The notes beneath the pieces were generated by a model, which was not told where the DNA came from, did no database searches, and saw only the letters and a list, made by a program, of their open reading frames with translations. From Anaerolineae bacterium (GTDB lineage: Bacteria > Chloroflexota > Anaerolineae > B4-G1 > DUEL01): a stretch of DNA of 64,000 nucleotides. The stretch spans positions 397-64,396 of the forward strand of contig JAFGEI010000022.1 of the NCBI GenBank assembly GCA_016931695.1, in the 5' to 3' direction. The translations under genes were made by a program, and so were the position numbers. Below, in pieces: positions 1 to 10,300 of the stretch (position 1 is its first letter; each line of letters begins with the position of its first letter).

Positions 1-371
1 ATCTGGCGCTCCTGGCGCTGCGCCTCGGCAGTGGGCGCGGCAAAGGCCGGCGATTGGAGCCTGGCGACGGCCTGGGCCAGCATCTCCCGCTGGCAAGACA
101 GCTCTCCTGCAGCGCCGAAATCGCACTCCGGCAGCGCAAACTGCTGCAGCTCCCCCGCAACCCGGGCCAGGTCCTGCTCGACCCGTTCCAGCGCGGCCTG
201 CCGGGCCGTCAACGTGCTGCGCGCCGCCCCGAGCGGCCCATCGATGCGCACGCGCCAGGAGGGTCCGGCTGCCGCAGTCGAAAAGGCGCGGCCCGCCTCC
301 CCTGCCGCCGACCAGATTCCCAGCGGGTCCTCGCCGCCCGGCGGCGTGACCTCGCTCAGCAATTCGATCAC
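1..371 (-). CDS. Hypothetical protein, partial (runs off left edge), translationally coupled to the upstream C25-like peptidase
   Basis: GTG at 371-369 overlaps the TGA (370-368) of the upstream gene (GTGA). Frame is open to the window edge: VIELLSEVTPPGGEDPLGIWSAAGEAGRAFSTAAAGPSWRVRID...; absent from the ORF track because it has no stop. Confidence 0.75.
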   Translation of the reverse strand, partial: MIELLSEVTPPGGEDPLGIWSAAGEAGRAFSTAAAGPSWRVRIDGPLGAARSTLTARQAALERVEQDLARVAGELQQFALPECDFGAAGELSCQREMLAQAVARLQSPAFAAPTAEAQRQERQ

Positions 372-2353
372 GGCCTGACCACGTTGAGCAGGTCGGTCGC
401 CACGCCGGTCATTGTCTGCAGAAAGTGAGCCCGGTTGGCCTGGGCGTCCCGCACCATCTCCCGGTGCAGTTGCCACACCTGGGGGTCGCTCTCCTCGACC
501 TCGTCCGGCAGGTAGGCCTCGACGCTGCCGTCGAACTTGATGCGGGTAAAGGCGCGGAGCTTTTTCTCCCCCCCCTGCCGGGCGATGGTCTCCAGATCGG
601 GCGCGGTATAGGTGCGCACCTCCAGGGTAGCGATCTTGTCGGCCGCCTTTTGCAGTGCCTCGGACAGCTGCTGTGCGAACTGGCCCAGGGACGCGGTCAG
701 ATCGCCGAGTTGCGGGCGCATGGCGACGAAGGGATCGGCGCCGGCGCTCAGATCGACCGCTGGCGATACCCCCGTCCTGCCCATCCGCTCGCCCGCCTTG
801 GGCGGCGCAATGCGGCCCGCCTCGGGCAGCGGGGGCCGCTCCGGCGGCGCGCCGTCGCGGGCAAAGGGAATGCTGACCGCCGGGTCGCCCAGGACGACAT
901 AGCCGCGCGCGTCGTTGGTCGCGGTCCACAGGCGCACCAGTTCGCGGTCGCTGACGAATGCGTCGTCAAAGCGCAGCTCTTTCAGGCTCTCGCCGAGCTC
1001 GGCGGCCATGTCGGCGTAGCGCATGCCAAAGCTGGGATCGGTCGCCAGGCCGACCGGCTCGCCGTTCATCAGCTTGCGCAGCGCCGTCTCAAAGGCCTGG
1101 ATGTCGGGGGCGCCGCTTTCGGTGAGGAAGGAATAGCCCCAGGCCCGTTCGACGTGGCCCAGCACCGCCAGCGCGCCCCGCCGCAGCAGTTGGTTGGGCA
1201 GCGCGGCGGTAAACTCGTGCGGGGCGATCCGCGGCCGTCCCCGGCGGGCGTCGATGACGAACTGGTCGAACTGGGGCGTCCCGGCGCCGTAGCAGGCAAA
1301 GAACAAGGCGACCATGCCGAGGACGTTGCCCTGCGGGACGTCTTCGGCGGCAAAGTAATGGGCGCGCCCGATGCCGTGGCCCGGGCCGGGCCACTCCTGG
1401 CCGAGCAGCGCGCCCTGGTGGGCAAACTGCTGGGCGTGATTGAGCGGAAATTCCACCCCGTGGCTGGCAGTCATCAGCAACGCCGGCGTCCGCTGCGGGT
1501 CGCCGCCCAACAAATCGCCGAGCCGGGCGCGGGTCGCCTGGCCGGGCCCGACGTGGGCGGCGAGGCGCCACGCCCATTCAAGCGGAATCTCGCCCGTCCG
1601 CTGCTGCTGTTGCAAGTGATCGATCAGGGGCTGGATCATGTAGGTCGAGCTCAACTCGGTCGCCCGGTCGCCGGGGTTGGCGACGCCCCAAAAAGCCGCC
1701 TGGCGGTCGAGCTGCACCTGGCCGCTCTCGGCGGCGACGACGTTGGCGGCGTACTGGGCGTAGGCATCCCAATCGTCGCCGAAATCGAGCCGGCCCACGC
1801 CGCGCATCAGGTCGAGCTCGTACTGGAAGAAATAGGGAATCTCGAGCGGGCTGCCGACGAGCAGGACGTAAAAGGGCAATTGCTCGGGATCGGCCGGGCC
1901 GCGCCGGACCTCGGGGGTCTGGCGGCGGAAGAAGGCAGACTTGCGCTCGCCGGGCTGGTAGCCGGATTCGCCCTCGAACAGGCGGAACAGGCGCTCGCCG
2001 GCCTGGTCGAGCCGCCGCTGGAGTAGGGGGGCCAGGGCCTCCTTGATCGTCTCCCGCCGTCCAGGGTCCATGTCGGCGGGCAAGATCACCGCCCAGCCGG
2101 CCTGGCCGAGGTCGGCGGCATCGACGCCCTCCTTGGCCGGCTCGTCGAACATCCGCGCCCTGCGGCCGCGCTTTTCCCGCATCTCGGAGAGGTGCTCGTC
2201 ATCCGCCTCCGGCTCCCCCGCCGCCGGCTCGCCCTTGATGATGCGCGCCAACTGCTGCGGAGACATGGGCGGCAGGGCGTATTCGCCGGTCACGCCGTCG
2301 ATGCCGTTGAAATAGAGCTTGTCGCCAAACAGGTCGGCTAACTCGTCAGACAT
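368..2353 (-). CDS. C25 (gingipain)-like caspase-fold cysteine peptidase with extra C-terminal domain
   Basis: Start moved to ATG 2353 after AAGGAGGG RBS. Motifs YVLLVGSP, LLMTASHG (His), LFFACYGAG (Cys), YVVLGDPA; ~170 aa C-terminal extension. Confidence 0.75.
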   Translation of the reverse strand: MSDELADLFGDKLYFNGIDGVTGEYALPPMSPQQLARIIKGEPAAGEPEADDEHLSEMREKRGRRARMFDEPAKEGVDAADLGQAGWAVILPADMDPGRRETIKEALAPLLQRRLDQAGERLFRLFEGESGYQPGERKSAFFRRQTPEVRRGPADPEQLPFYVLLVGSPLEIPYFFQYELDLMRGVGRLDFGDDWDAYAQYAANVVAAESGQVQLDRQAAFWGVANPGDRATELSSTYMIQPLIDHLQQQQRTGEIPLEWAWRLAAHVGPGQATRARLGDLLGGDPQRTPALLMTASHGVEFPLNHAQQFAHQGALLGQEWPGPGHGIGRAHYFAAEDVPQGNVLGMVALFFACYGAGTPQFDQFVIDARRGRPRIAPHEFTAALPNQLLRRGALAVLGHVERAWGYSFLTESGAPDIQAFETALRKLMNGEPVGLATDPSFGMRYADMAAELGESLKELRFDDAFVSDRELVRLWTATNDARGYVVLGDPAVSIPFARDGAPPERPPLPEAGRIAPPKAGERMGRTGVSPAVDLSAGADPFVAMRPQLGDLTASLGQFAQQLSEALQKAADKIATLEVRTYTAPDLETIARQGGEKKLRAFTRIKFDGSVEAYLPDEVEESDPQVWQLHREMVRDAQANRAHFLQTMTGVATDLLNVVRP

Positions 2354-2381
2354 GGTTCCCTCCTTTTTACACAAATTCCAC

Positions 2382-5072
2382 TCACGCGATATGCAGGCGC
2401 ACAGCCGGATCGCCAAGGACGATGTACCCGCGGGCGTCATTGTTCGCCGTCCACATCTCGGCCAGCTCGTAGGGGTCTGGCGCCATCCCCAGGTCTGGGT
2501 CGGCGTTCTCCAACACGGAGACGAGCTCGGTCGACAGCGCGGCGTAGCGGCCGTTAAAGTACTCCATCGCCCAACCGACCGTCTGCCCTTTGAGGATGCG
2601 CTCGACAGCGCCCTGGAAATGGCTGATCTGCTCCGTCCCCCGCTGTCCCAGGAACGAGGTGCCCCAGGCCCGCTCGACGTGGCCGATGACTGCCAGCGCG
2701 CCGCCGCGGGAGAGGCTCAGCATGGCCTTGGGCAGCGCGGCGATGAAGGGAGAATCGGCGATGGTCTCGCCGCGCGCCTTGTACCGCTGCCGGTAATACT
2801 CGTCGTAGCGCGGGGTGCCCGCGCTGTAGCAGGCAAAGAAAAAGGCGATCATCCCCCCCAGGTCGAACTCTTCCCCCAAATCGCCGCCGGACAGGTAGTA
2901 GGCAGGGGGGATTTCCTGCTCGCCGTCGGGGCCCGGCCACTCCTGGCAGACCAGCGCGCCCTGGCAGGGAACCTGGCGCTGCTGCGGGTCGTCCTTGGCG
3001 AACTCGATGCCGTGGCTGGCGGTAAAGAGCAGGGCAGGGGGTTCATCTTGCAATACCTGGCACAGCGCCTGCTTGGTCGCTTGCTGCCGCAGGAGCGGCG
3101 TCAATTCCCACTCGCCGCCGTATTGCTTTTCCAGCTGCTCGTGCAGCGGTTGCACCAGGCTTTCGGTGTTCTGCCGGGTGGCCTCGTCGCTGCCGTTGAC
3201 GGTGCTGAAAAAGACCGCCCGCCGGCCCCGCTGCACCTGCCCGGTCTCGGCGGCGACGACGCTGCGGGCATAGTTGGCATAGGCCGCCCAATCGTCGCCA
3301 AAATCGATCCGGCCGACGGCGTACTGCACGTCGAGCTGGTACTGGAAATGGAAGGGGATCTCTTCCGGGCTGCCGACGAGGAGCAGGTAGTAGGGCGCGC
3401 GCTCGGGGTCTGCCGGTTGGGCCGGCTCGGCCCCGTGGCGGCCCAGGAACTCGGCGGCCGACTCTTGCGGCCGGTAGCCGTGCTTGCCCTCGTACAGCCG
3501 GTAATAGCGGCCGGCCTGCGACTCGCGCCTCTCGAGCAGCGGGGCGAGGGCCTTTTTGATCTCGGGCACCTTTTGTGGGGCGGCCGGGTCCTCGTAGGGA
3601 AAGACGATGCCCCACCCGGCCTGGGCCAGGTCCAGCGGATCGATGCCCTCCCTGACCCCGGCCTGCTTGAGCGGGTCGAGCATCCGCGACAGCCAGCCGT
3701 CCAGCAGGACGAGCAGGTCGCCCCAAGCCGCCCCGGACCGCTCGACCAGCGGGGGCCAGCGCTGCTCCAACTGGTCGAGCAGCAGACTCCACGACAAGTC
3801 GGCGGGATGGGCCGACAGGTCAGCGCGCAAGGCGGCCCACTCGGCCGGGCAGCCGCTGCTCTCCAAGGCATCGACGGCGTCGAGCAGCGGGCCCAGCCCG
3901 CGGATGCGGATGCGCTCCTGCAGCCGGGCGACGTCGTTGATGGCATTGATCCCGGCGATGGGAACGGTGCGCAGCTCGTTGAACACCGCTGCCAGCCAAC
4001 CGTGGCGCAGGCTGGCGTCCGCGCCGTAGCGCGGGTCGGCCCGGGCCTGGCGGATGCGCGCCCGGATCTCGTCGATCTTGTCCTTGGCATCCTGCTTCAA
4101 GTGTTCTTTCAGCACCCGCAGATTGTCCGGCTCCTCGTCCGGGTCGCTCAGCAAAAGCTTGAACAGGGAGTCCAGGTCGTTGTGGACCAGGCAGCGCACG
4201 ATGTCGACCACCTTGTCGGCAGTATGGCCGGCCAGCCGGCGCTCTAGCGCCGCGCGCTGATCTGGGGCCCCATAGGCACTGCCCAACAGCCCGACCAGCA
4301 CGTCGACCAGCCCGTCCATCTGTTCGCCGAGATTGCCGTGGGCAAGCAGTTGCGTGATGGCGACGACGGTCGCGTTCCGCTGGCGCTCGTTGCGACCCAA
4401 ATCCCGCGCCAGGCCCTGGTACTGCCGCTCCGGCGGCGCGTAATGATGCGGGTCGCCCAGGATGTGCTCGGCCAGTGCCTCGGCGGTCATCGGCGGCAGG
4501 CTGTAGGCACCGGTCTGGCCGTCGAGGCCGTTAAAGTAGAGCAGGCGCTTTTGGGAACCCTGTCGCTCGTCCGCTGCAGCGGGGCCATCGCCCGGCTCGC
4601 CGTCGCTTTCCGAACCGAGCAGCGCACCGACGTCGACGGCGGGCAGGCCGCTCGCGGCCGGCTCGCCGCCCAGCCTGGCCTGCACGGCCGGATGGTCGCA
4701 CAGCCGCCGCAGGGCATCCGCCGCCCCGGCATCCGCTTCGAGCTGCCGGCGGAGGTGATCCAATTTCTCCCTGTCGGGCGGCCGTTCCTGCAAAGCAGCG
4801 ATCAGCGCCTCCACTGCCGGGCCGGCCCCGACGGCGCGGAGCGCGGTCAGCCGGGGGGCCAGGTCGGCGGCCTCGGAATTGTCCATCATCCGCGGGCGCT
4901 GCTCAAAGATGGGCGGGATTTCGCTCGCCTGGCCCAAGATGCGCAGCGCGTCGTCGTAGGAAGGGTCGAGGAAAGACCCTCCGCCAGAGCCGGCCCCCAT
5001 CTCTTTGCGACCTCCCAGGTCCAGCGGGTCGCGTCCCAGGTCGTCATCGAACGGATTTCTATTCTCTGGCAT
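2382..5072 (-). CDS. C25 (gingipain)-like cysteine peptidase, paralog with N-terminal extension and helical insertion
   Basis: YYLLLVGSP, LLFTASHG, FFFACYSAG, YIVLGDPA; clearly homologous to 368..2353. Confidence 0.75.
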   Translation of the reverse strand: MPENRNPFDDDLGRDPLDLGGRKEMGAGSGGGSFLDPSYDDALRILGQASEIPPIFEQRPRMMDNSEAADLAPRLTALRAVGAGPAVEALIAALQERPPDREKLDHLRRQLEADAGAADALRRLCDHPAVQARLGGEPAASGLPAVDVGALLGSESDGEPGDGPAAADERQGSQKRLLYFNGLDGQTGAYSLPPMTAEALAEHILGDPHHYAPPERQYQGLARDLGRNERQRNATVVAITQLLAHGNLGEQMDGLVDVLVGLLGSAYGAPDQRAALERRLAGHTADKVVDIVRCLVHNDLDSLFKLLLSDPDEEPDNLRVLKEHLKQDAKDKIDEIRARIRQARADPRYGADASLRHGWLAAVFNELRTVPIAGINAINDVARLQERIRIRGLGPLLDAVDALESSGCPAEWAALRADLSAHPADLSWSLLLDQLEQRWPPLVERSGAAWGDLLVLLDGWLSRMLDPLKQAGVREGIDPLDLAQAGWGIVFPYEDPAAPQKVPEIKKALAPLLERRESQAGRYYRLYEGKHGYRPQESAAEFLGRHGAEPAQPADPERAPYYLLLVGSPEEIPFHFQYQLDVQYAVGRIDFGDDWAAYANYARSVVAAETGQVQRGRRAVFFSTVNGSDEATRQNTESLVQPLHEQLEKQYGGEWELTPLLRQQATKQALCQVLQDEPPALLFTASHGIEFAKDDPQQRQVPCQGALVCQEWPGPDGEQEIPPAYYLSGGDLGEEFDLGGMIAFFFACYSAGTPRYDEYYRQRYKARGETIADSPFIAALPKAMLSLSRGGALAVIGHVERAWGTSFLGQRGTEQISHFQGAVERILKGQTVGWAMEYFNGRYAALSTELVSVLENADPDLGMAPDPYELAEMWTANNDARGYIVLGDPAVRLHIA

Positions 5073-7248
5073 TCTTTTCCCCCCTTGACTCCTCTTCCCC
5101 TTGTCTCGCTGTCAGCCAGTCTCTCACGCGGGCGATGCGGTCGGCGTCGGAGGGCGGCGCCAGGCGCAGGTAGGTCTGGAAATCGACGCTGGCTCGTTCC
5201 TCTTTGCCCTGGCGGGCCAGGAGCCGCCCGCGGCCAAAGTAATAGCGGGCCTCGGCCGGCGCGCGGGCGATGGCGCGGTCGAGGGCCGCCAACGCCTGGT
5301 CGAAGCGGCCCAGGTCGCGCAGGGCGAGCCCCAACTGGTGGTAGGTCTCGGCCCGCGGCGCGCGGGCCAGCTCGGCCTGGTAATCGGCGGATGCCAGCTC
5401 GAACTCGCCCCGCAGGTAATGGGCCAGCCCCCGTTCGCCATAGGCGGCGGCGTAATCGGGCCGGGCGTCGACGGCCTGGCTGTAGGCCTGGAGCGCCTGC
5501 TGCAAGCTGTCGCGCGCTCCCGCCTCGTCGCCCTGGGCGCGCCGGGCGACGGCCCAGACCCGCAGCGCCTGGCCCAGGTTGAAGGCGGCGGCGACCAGTC
5601 CGGGATCGAGCGCCAGCGCCCGGCGGTAGTCGGCGATGGCGGCAGGCCGGTCCTGGCGGTGGACGGCGTGCAGGTTGGCGCGGTAAAAGTATGCCTGGGC
5701 CAGCCCCGGCGGGTCATTGTCGCCATCCCGCTCCACTGCGGCGATTGCCGCGCTCAACGCCGCCAGCGCTCGATCGTATTTCTGCTCCCAATAGTACAAC
5801 TGGCCCAGGGTAAAGAAGGCAAAATAATCGACCTGCTGCGGCAGGTCATTGTTGACAAAGAGGACAAAATCGTCCGCCGCTGCCAGCCGGCCGCGCACGC
5901 TGGCGTCAGTGGGGGCAGCGGTCGGATCGCGATAGGCGAACAGCGGCTCGGTGACGCTGAAGCAAGCGCGGAAGCGGCTGCGGTCGTACCAGCCCCAGAT
6001 GACCAGGGCAGCGCCGTAGCGGGCGGCCAGGCGGCGGACGTCGTCGTCGTCGCCGGGGCCAAAGGCGCTCTCTTTCAGCCACACCACGCGGACATCGGCC
6101 AGGCTGGCTTCCTGGACCCGCTGCTGCAGGTCGTCCCGCAGGTCGATCTCGAAAAAAGCCGCTTCGTGGCCCTGGAACTCGGGGATGAGGATGAGAACCT
6201 CGCCGGGCCGGGCGGGCTGATCTTCCAGCACGGCCGGAGGGGTGGCAAAGATGCGCTCGGCGCCTCGCTCCAGAAAGAGGATGGGGATGCTCCAGCTTTC
6301 CCCCCGGTCGAGCAGGTAGCTGCGGGCCTCGTTGGCCGCGCGGTCGATCTCGCCGTGGGTTGCCAGGCGGCGGTAAAAGTGGTAGACGAACTCGCGCGCG
6401 GTTTCGATGCCGACCTTGTCGCGCATGGCCACCACGCCGCCGGCCCCGCCGGCGATCAGCGCCGGCGCCATCCCTACCAACGCCCCCTCCTTCACCCGCG
6501 CCGCCGACTCGCAAGCAGCCAGGACGACCAGGTGCGGCGGCCTGGACAGCGTGCCCAGCCGCTGCGTCCATTCCTCCTGGGCGACGGCCTGGGCCGTCCC
6601 GTCGGCTTCTTCCAAATAGATCACCGCCCCTCCCGCGGCAGGGCGAAAGGCGCCGTGGCCCACAAAGTGCAGCACGTGCGGCCCGCCCTCCAGGGCCTGG
6701 GCAATGCGGTCGAGGGTGACCGGCGAGGGAATGCGCTCCGCGTCGACCAACCCCCGCAACGGCTGGAGCGCCCGCTGCAGCTCGGCCCACTCCAGGTCGG
6801 CGTCGAAGCGGTCCAGGCCGGTGGGGTTGCTGATGGCGGCGACGACTCGCAGCGGCCAATCGGTCTGGGGGGCGTGGGCGCGGGCGGTGGATTCGGGATG
6901 CAGGAGGCGGGAGAAGGGCGTGGCCGGCCCGGCGGTCAAGGGGACAGCGGGACCCGCTGCGGAGCGCAGCAAGCACTCCCAGCGCAGGTCGTGCAGCGCG
7001 GCAGCGGAATCGGCAACGACCAGCCGCAGCCGCGCCGGGCCGGCTCGTTGCAGCGCTGCGCCGATCTCTCCCCCCAGCACCGCCGCCGCCAGCAAACGGC
7101 CGTACTCTTTCGCTTGTGACTGGGCCGCGAGCTGGGCCAGGTCGAGGGCCAGGGGCTGCACCGCCAGGGGCTGCTCCCCGGCCACCAACAGTGCTGCCTG
7201 GAGGCGGCCATCCTGGCGGGATAGCTGGAGAACGATTTCCTGCGTCAT
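5059..7248 (-). CDS. CHAT (caspase-like) protease domain + TPR repeat protein
   Basis: LRWECL, VLHFVGHG (His), LVVLAACES (Cys), VVAM, WSIPILF; C-terminal TPRs (AYFYRAN, AIADYRRALALDP, AYGERG). Confidence 0.85.
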   Translation of the reverse strand: MTQEIVLQLSRQDGRLQAALLVAGEQPLAVQPLALDLAQLAAQSQAKEYGRLLAAAVLGGEIGAALQRAGPARLRLVVADSAAALHDLRWECLLRSAAGPAVPLTAGPATPFSRLLHPESTARAHAPQTDWPLRVVAAISNPTGLDRFDADLEWAELQRALQPLRGLVDAERIPSPVTLDRIAQALEGGPHVLHFVGHGAFRPAAGGAVIYLEEADGTAQAVAQEEWTQRLGTLSRPPHLVVLAACESAARVKEGALVGMAPALIAGGAGGVVAMRDKVGIETAREFVYHFYRRLATHGEIDRAANEARSYLLDRGESWSIPILFLERGAERIFATPPAVLEDQPARPGEVLILIPEFQGHEAAFFEIDLRDDLQQRVQEASLADVRVVWLKESAFGPGDDDDVRRLAARYGAALVIWGWYDRSRFRACFSVTEPLFAYRDPTAAPTDASVRGRLAAADDFVLFVNNDLPQQVDYFAFFTLGQLYYWEQKYDRALAALSAAIAAVERDGDNDPPGLAQAYFYRANLHAVHRQDRPAAIADYRRALALDPGLVAAAFNLGQALRVWAVARRAQGDEAGARDSLQQALQAYSQAVDARPDYAAAYGERGLAHYLRGEFELASADYQAELARAPRAETYHQLGLALRDLGRFDQALAALDRAIARAPAEARYYFGRGRLLARQGKEERASVDFQTYLRLAPPSDADRIARVRDWLTARQGEEESRGEKNARE

Positions 7249-7290
7249 TTCGCTGCGATTATTGGCCGAGACTGGGGTATTCGCAAGGTA

Positions 7291-7318
7291 AGTATAGCCG
7301 TATCCCGCGGTGCGTCAA
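7291..7318 (-). promoter_or_regulatory. Sigma70-like promoter upstream of the CHAT-TPR/C25 genes
   Basis: Minus strand TTGACG-16 nt-TATACT, about 40 nt upstream of ATG 7248. Confidence 0.55.
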
Positions 7319-7371
7319 ATTGCATTCGGGATGCTCTTCTGGGATGTAACAGAGTACAACTCCGCTCGGGC

Positions 7372-10300
7372 TCAGGGTGATGGATTGGGCTCTCCGAGCT
7401 CTGGCGTTTGCCCCTCGATTGCAGGCGCGACGAGGGACCAGATGGAATCTATGGTTTCCCGGTCGAACTGGACCCGATAGCGGCGCAGGGTGCCGTCCCA
7501 CGAGCCGCTCGCCAGGTAACGACCGTCGGGGCTGTAGGCGACGCTCCAGATCAGGTCGGTGTGGCTGCTGATCGCCGTGACCAAGCGCGGCGATCGACGG
7601 GGCAGCGCCGACACGTCCCAGATTCGCAACCCGCCGTCCCGCGCCCCCGTTGCCAGGTAGCGCCCGTCGGGGCTGAAGGCGACGTCATAGACATAGCCGG
7701 GATGCTCCAACCGGCTCACCCGCTCCCCGCTGTCCAGGTCCCAAATGGCAACCGTGCCGTCCCAGGAGGCGGAAGCCAGATAGTCGTTGTTAGGACTAAA
7801 ATCGACGCCAAAGATCATGTTGGTGTGGCCGGTCAAGGTCATGGCCAACGTTGCCTCCAGTCTGCCATCAGGCTGGGCGACAAGCTCCCACAGGCGCACG
7901 GCGCTGTCGCGGTTGTGGAGGCCATGGGCCAGCGCGACGAGCCGCCCGTCGGGGCTAAAGTCGACATCATAGACCGGGCCGGGCCAGCCGCCGCGCGAGA
8001 GGACGGCAACGGACTGCCAACTCTCTGTCTCCCACACCAGCGCCGTCTGGTCGCCGGAGCCGGTGACCAGGAACCGCCCGTCAGGGTGAAAGGCCGCCGC
8101 CTGGACATTGGACTCGTGCCCGATCAGTTCTTGCACCCGCGTGCCGTCGGCGGCGTTCCAGACACGGGCGATGGCGTCGGAGCAGGTGACCATGTACTGC
8201 CCGTCCGGGCTATAGGCGACCGCCCAGACCTGACGGTCCAGCCTGGAGAGCGACTGCACAATCTGGCCGCTCTCGACCGACCAGACGTGCGCCCAGCCGT
8301 CATTGTCGCCGGAGGCCAGGCAGGCGCTGTCGGGGCTAAAGGCGATACCCCGCACGCGGGCAGTGTGGCCGCTGAGCATCGAAAAGACGCCCGCCTTGTA
8401 GGGAAAGTCGAGGTTCCAGATGCGCACGCGGTTGTCGCCAGAACCGGCGGCGATCGAGCTCCCGTCGGGGCTGAAGGCGACGGCGTGGACCAGGCTCGCC
8501 GGCCCGGTCAGGGTCGTGACGGGGTTGGGATTCCGCGCCGCAATGTCCCAGATGCGCACCGTCCGGTCGCGGGAGCCGGACACCAGCCGCGTGCCCGCCG
8601 TCTCGAAGGCGAGGCTGGTCACCGCCTCCGTGTGCCCCACCAGGGTCATGATCCCCTCCCATCTCGCGGTGTCCCAAACGCGGATGGTGTGATCCGCCGA
8701 GCCGGAGGCGAGCCAGGCGCCGTCGGGGCTGAAGGCGACGGCGCCGACGGCGGCGGTATGCCCGCCCAGGGTGGTGGGCGGCGGGGGGGTGCCGCGCAGC
8801 CCATTCGCCGTCCCGACGTCCCAGATGCGGACGAGGCCGTCGTCAGAGGCGGCGGCCAGGTAGCGGCCATCGGGGCCAAAGGCAATGTCCTGCACGCGGC
8901 CGGTGGGATCGGCAAAATCCAGGGCGGACGCGTCGACCTGGAGGATGCCGTCCGACGCAGTCGAGACGGCCCACAGGCGCACCATTCCCCCGTCGGTGCC
9001 GGAATTGAGATTGCGCGACTCGCCGCCATAATCTCCCCCGGTCGCCAGATACCGCCCGTCGGGGCTAAAGGCAACGGCATAGACCTCGTCGTATATGCCC
9101 TCCGGGGTGACAGCCTGAATCCACTGCCGCCACTCTCCCCGCTCGACGTCCCAGATCCCGACCTGGCCGCGGCCGTCGCTGTCGTTGCCGCCCACAGCCA
9201 GGAAGCGGCCGTCGGGGCTGAGGGCCAGGTCGTAGGCGGCGCGGGGGCCGCCGATGTTGCGCGGTTCCCCTCCGGCGGTCACGTCCCAGACCAGGATGCC
9301 GCGCATCTCGCCTTCGACCTCGGCGGCGTGAATCGCGGCGTAGAGGTAACGGCCGTCCGCGCTGTAGACGATGCTGTTGACCTGGTCGTGGGGCTGGTCG
9401 AGGACGTGGGAGAGGTAGAAATCGGCCATCGTCTGCCCGAGCACGATCTCGGCCTGGGACGTATCGACCCGGCCGAGAAGGGGCCGGACGAAGCGGAGCA
9501 ACTCGCTGGCATCTGCCAATACCACCCCTTCCCGGGCCGCCTGGACGCTCTGCAGCTGGTCGATGGGCCAGAGGTAGAGCGCCTGGGCGGCCATCTGGCG
9601 GGAATAGGCGGCCAGGGCGCCGCGGGCGGCGGTCCAGGCCAGAAACAGAACGAGGAGCAGGCCGAGGGGCAGGCCAACGCGCAAAGCCACGCGCAGGCGC
9701 TGGCCTCGCCGGCTGGCCTGCAGGAACTCGCGCTCGTACGGCTCGACTTCGCCGGGCCGTTCCCTGGCCCAGGCCCGGGCCTGGACCAGCGCCCGGTCGC
9801 GGTAGAGCAGCGAGCGGTCCCCGGTCTCTTTCCACTGCCGCGCCGCCTTGCGCAGCGGCGTCTCTCGCGCCGCCTCCCAGGCCCGGTTCGACGCCAGGAC
9901 GGGGTCGATGAGTCGGTCGTGAGCCAGCTCGTACCAGCGCGCACCGGCCCGCAGCTCGGAATGCAACAACAACCGCCCTTCCAGCACGTCCACCGCCTGG
10001 TTAGACAATCCGGCCGTTTCGTCCGCCTCGCGCACGACCAGGCCGCGGGTTCCCAACGGGGTAATCAACTGTTCCGAGAACCAGGCCCGCAGCTCCCGCT
10101 CCTCGGCCTGGACCTCGTCCCGCGCCGCGGCCAGGCCGCGTTCGTAAAAGTCGGCCAGCGCGCGGTCGACGTCGCCGTACTGCGCCACCTCCTGCCAGGT
10201 GATCGTATAATCGTCCTGCTCCGGCATGCCCGCCCAGAGGCGGCTGCAGACCACCTGCAGCTGCACCGGCTCCACTACTGGCCCCAACAGCGCATCGCCG

